This document shows, in pieces, positions 33,884-34,635 of a stretch of 34,635 nt of DNA; the first letter of the stretch is position 1, and each line of letters opens with the position of its first letter. Under the pieces are notes generated by a model. The model made no database searches. It was not told where the DNA came from and saw only the letters and a program-made list of their open reading frames with translations. This DNA is from Candidatus Methylomirabilota bacterium (GTDB lineage: Bacteria; Methylomirabilota; Methylomirabilia; Rokubacteriales; CSP1-6). The position numbers and the translations under genes are program-made. Location of the stretch: the NCBI GenBank assembly GCA_046726415.1, contig JBKPAK010000017.1, forward strand, positions 1-34,635, given 5' to 3'.

Positions 33884-34488
33884 CGGCACCCACCCGAACC
33901 AAGCCCGACGTGGATGCCTCCTTGGTGGAGGCTTTGCGGCGAGACGACCCGGACGCCGCGGCCCAGCTCGTCGAGACATACGGCGATCGCGCGTTCCGGC
34001 TGGCCCGGCGGATCACTGGTTCCAATGAGGACGCTGAGGAAGTGGCTCAGGACGCGCTGTGGACCGCCGCGCGCAAGATCCAGACCTTTAAGGGCGAGTC
34101 GGCGTTCGGCAGCTGGCTCTACCGGATCACGGCCAACGCGGCGTACATGAAGCTTCGCTCGCGGCGATCCAAGGCCAACGAGATCGCCCTCGACGATGTC
34201 TTGCCAGCCCTCGATGAGGAAGGGCGACACTTCGAGCCGATGGACGACTGGTCGACCCGCGTCGATGAGAACGCGCTGCAGGGCGAGCTGCGCGACGTCC
34301 TGGAGAGCGCCATCGCCGCGTTGCCTGCGGACTACCGGACGGCCGTGGTCCTTCACGATGTCGAGGGACTCTCCAACCCCGACATTGCAGAGGCGCTTGG
34401 GATCAGCCTGCCCGCGGTCAAATCGCGGATCCACCGCTCGCGCCTGTTCCTGCGCCAGCGGCTCTCCGAGTACCTCAAGACCGCCTGA
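33880..34488 (+). CDS. ECF-type sigma-70 factor
   Basis: DAEEVAQDA, FKGESAFGSWLYRITAN (region 2) and LHDVEGLSNPDIAEALGISLPAVKSRIHRSR (region 4). ATGA overlap with tetR. Confidence 0.94.
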   Translation: MTAPTRTKPDVDASLVEALRRDDPDAAAQLVETYGDRAFRLARRITGSNEDAEEVAQDALWTAARKIQTFKGESAFGSWLYRITANAAYMKLRSRRSKANEIALDDVLPALDEEGRHFEPMDDWSTRVDENALQGELRDVLESAIAALPADYRTAVVLHDVEGLSNPDIAEALGISLPAVKSRIHRSRLFLRQRLSEYLKTA

Positions 34489-34503
34489 TCGCGCCGCGTC
34501 CCG

Positions 34504-34635
34504 TGGGGAGGTTTGGAGGGCCCGGGTGGCACCTCGCGCGAATGGGGAGGTTTGGAGGGCCCGGGTGGCACCTCGCGCGAATGGGGAGGTTTGGAGGGCC
34601 CGGGTGGCACCTCGCGCGAATGGGGAGGTTTGGAG
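34504..34635. repeat. perfect 39-bp tandem repeat (3 full copies plus a partial copy, running off the window)
   Basis: TGGGGAGGTTTGGAGGGCCCGGGTGGCACCTCGCGCGAA starts at 34504, 34543 and 34582, with a partial copy at 34621. There are no spacers. Confidence 0.95.

Noticed and set aside
34353-34610. Minus-strand ORF with 13-aa repeats (PPGPSKPPHSREV)
   Set aside because: It is a by-product of the 39-bp repeat and runs antisense into the sigma gene, with no synonymous variation between copies.
34504-34635. CRISPR array
   Set aside because: The units are head-to-tail identical with no unique spacers, and there are no cas genes in the window.

Overview
A GC-rich bacterial chromosomal window. The gene content and small-protein families suggest Ca. 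Rokubacteria/Methylomirabilota, but this is inference only. From left to right: groEL (partial)/groES with a CIRCE box and an AT-rich IHF-like palindrome; a candidate structured RNA; FmdB zinc-ribbon and J-domain genes; an LLM monooxygenase and a beta-hydroxyacid dehydrogenase; a response regulator and an MFS transporter; an integrase relic next to tRNA-Arg(TCT); several small hypothetical genes, one of them a zinc-finger ORF missing from the ORF track; ridA; decayed livG/livF genes bracketing intact GT-C glycosyltransferase and methyltransferase genes; a GT2 gene, tRNA-Ala(GGC), a serine hydrolase, tRNA-Leu(CAA) and chrA; iorAB; an 11-subunit complex I-like operon lacking nuoEFG; a TetR-ECF sigma pair; and a terminal 39-bp tandem repeat. 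The strongest leads are three. (1) A split ORF pair that is really one double-UGA (UxxU) SelL-like selenoprotein, with a single SECIS hairpin, divergent from chrA. (2) The headless complex I operon, which carries a tandem-NIPSNAP gene between nuoC and nuoD and sits next to a ferredoxin-reducing IorAB. (3) A candidate three-way-junction/kissing-loop RNA upstream of groES.
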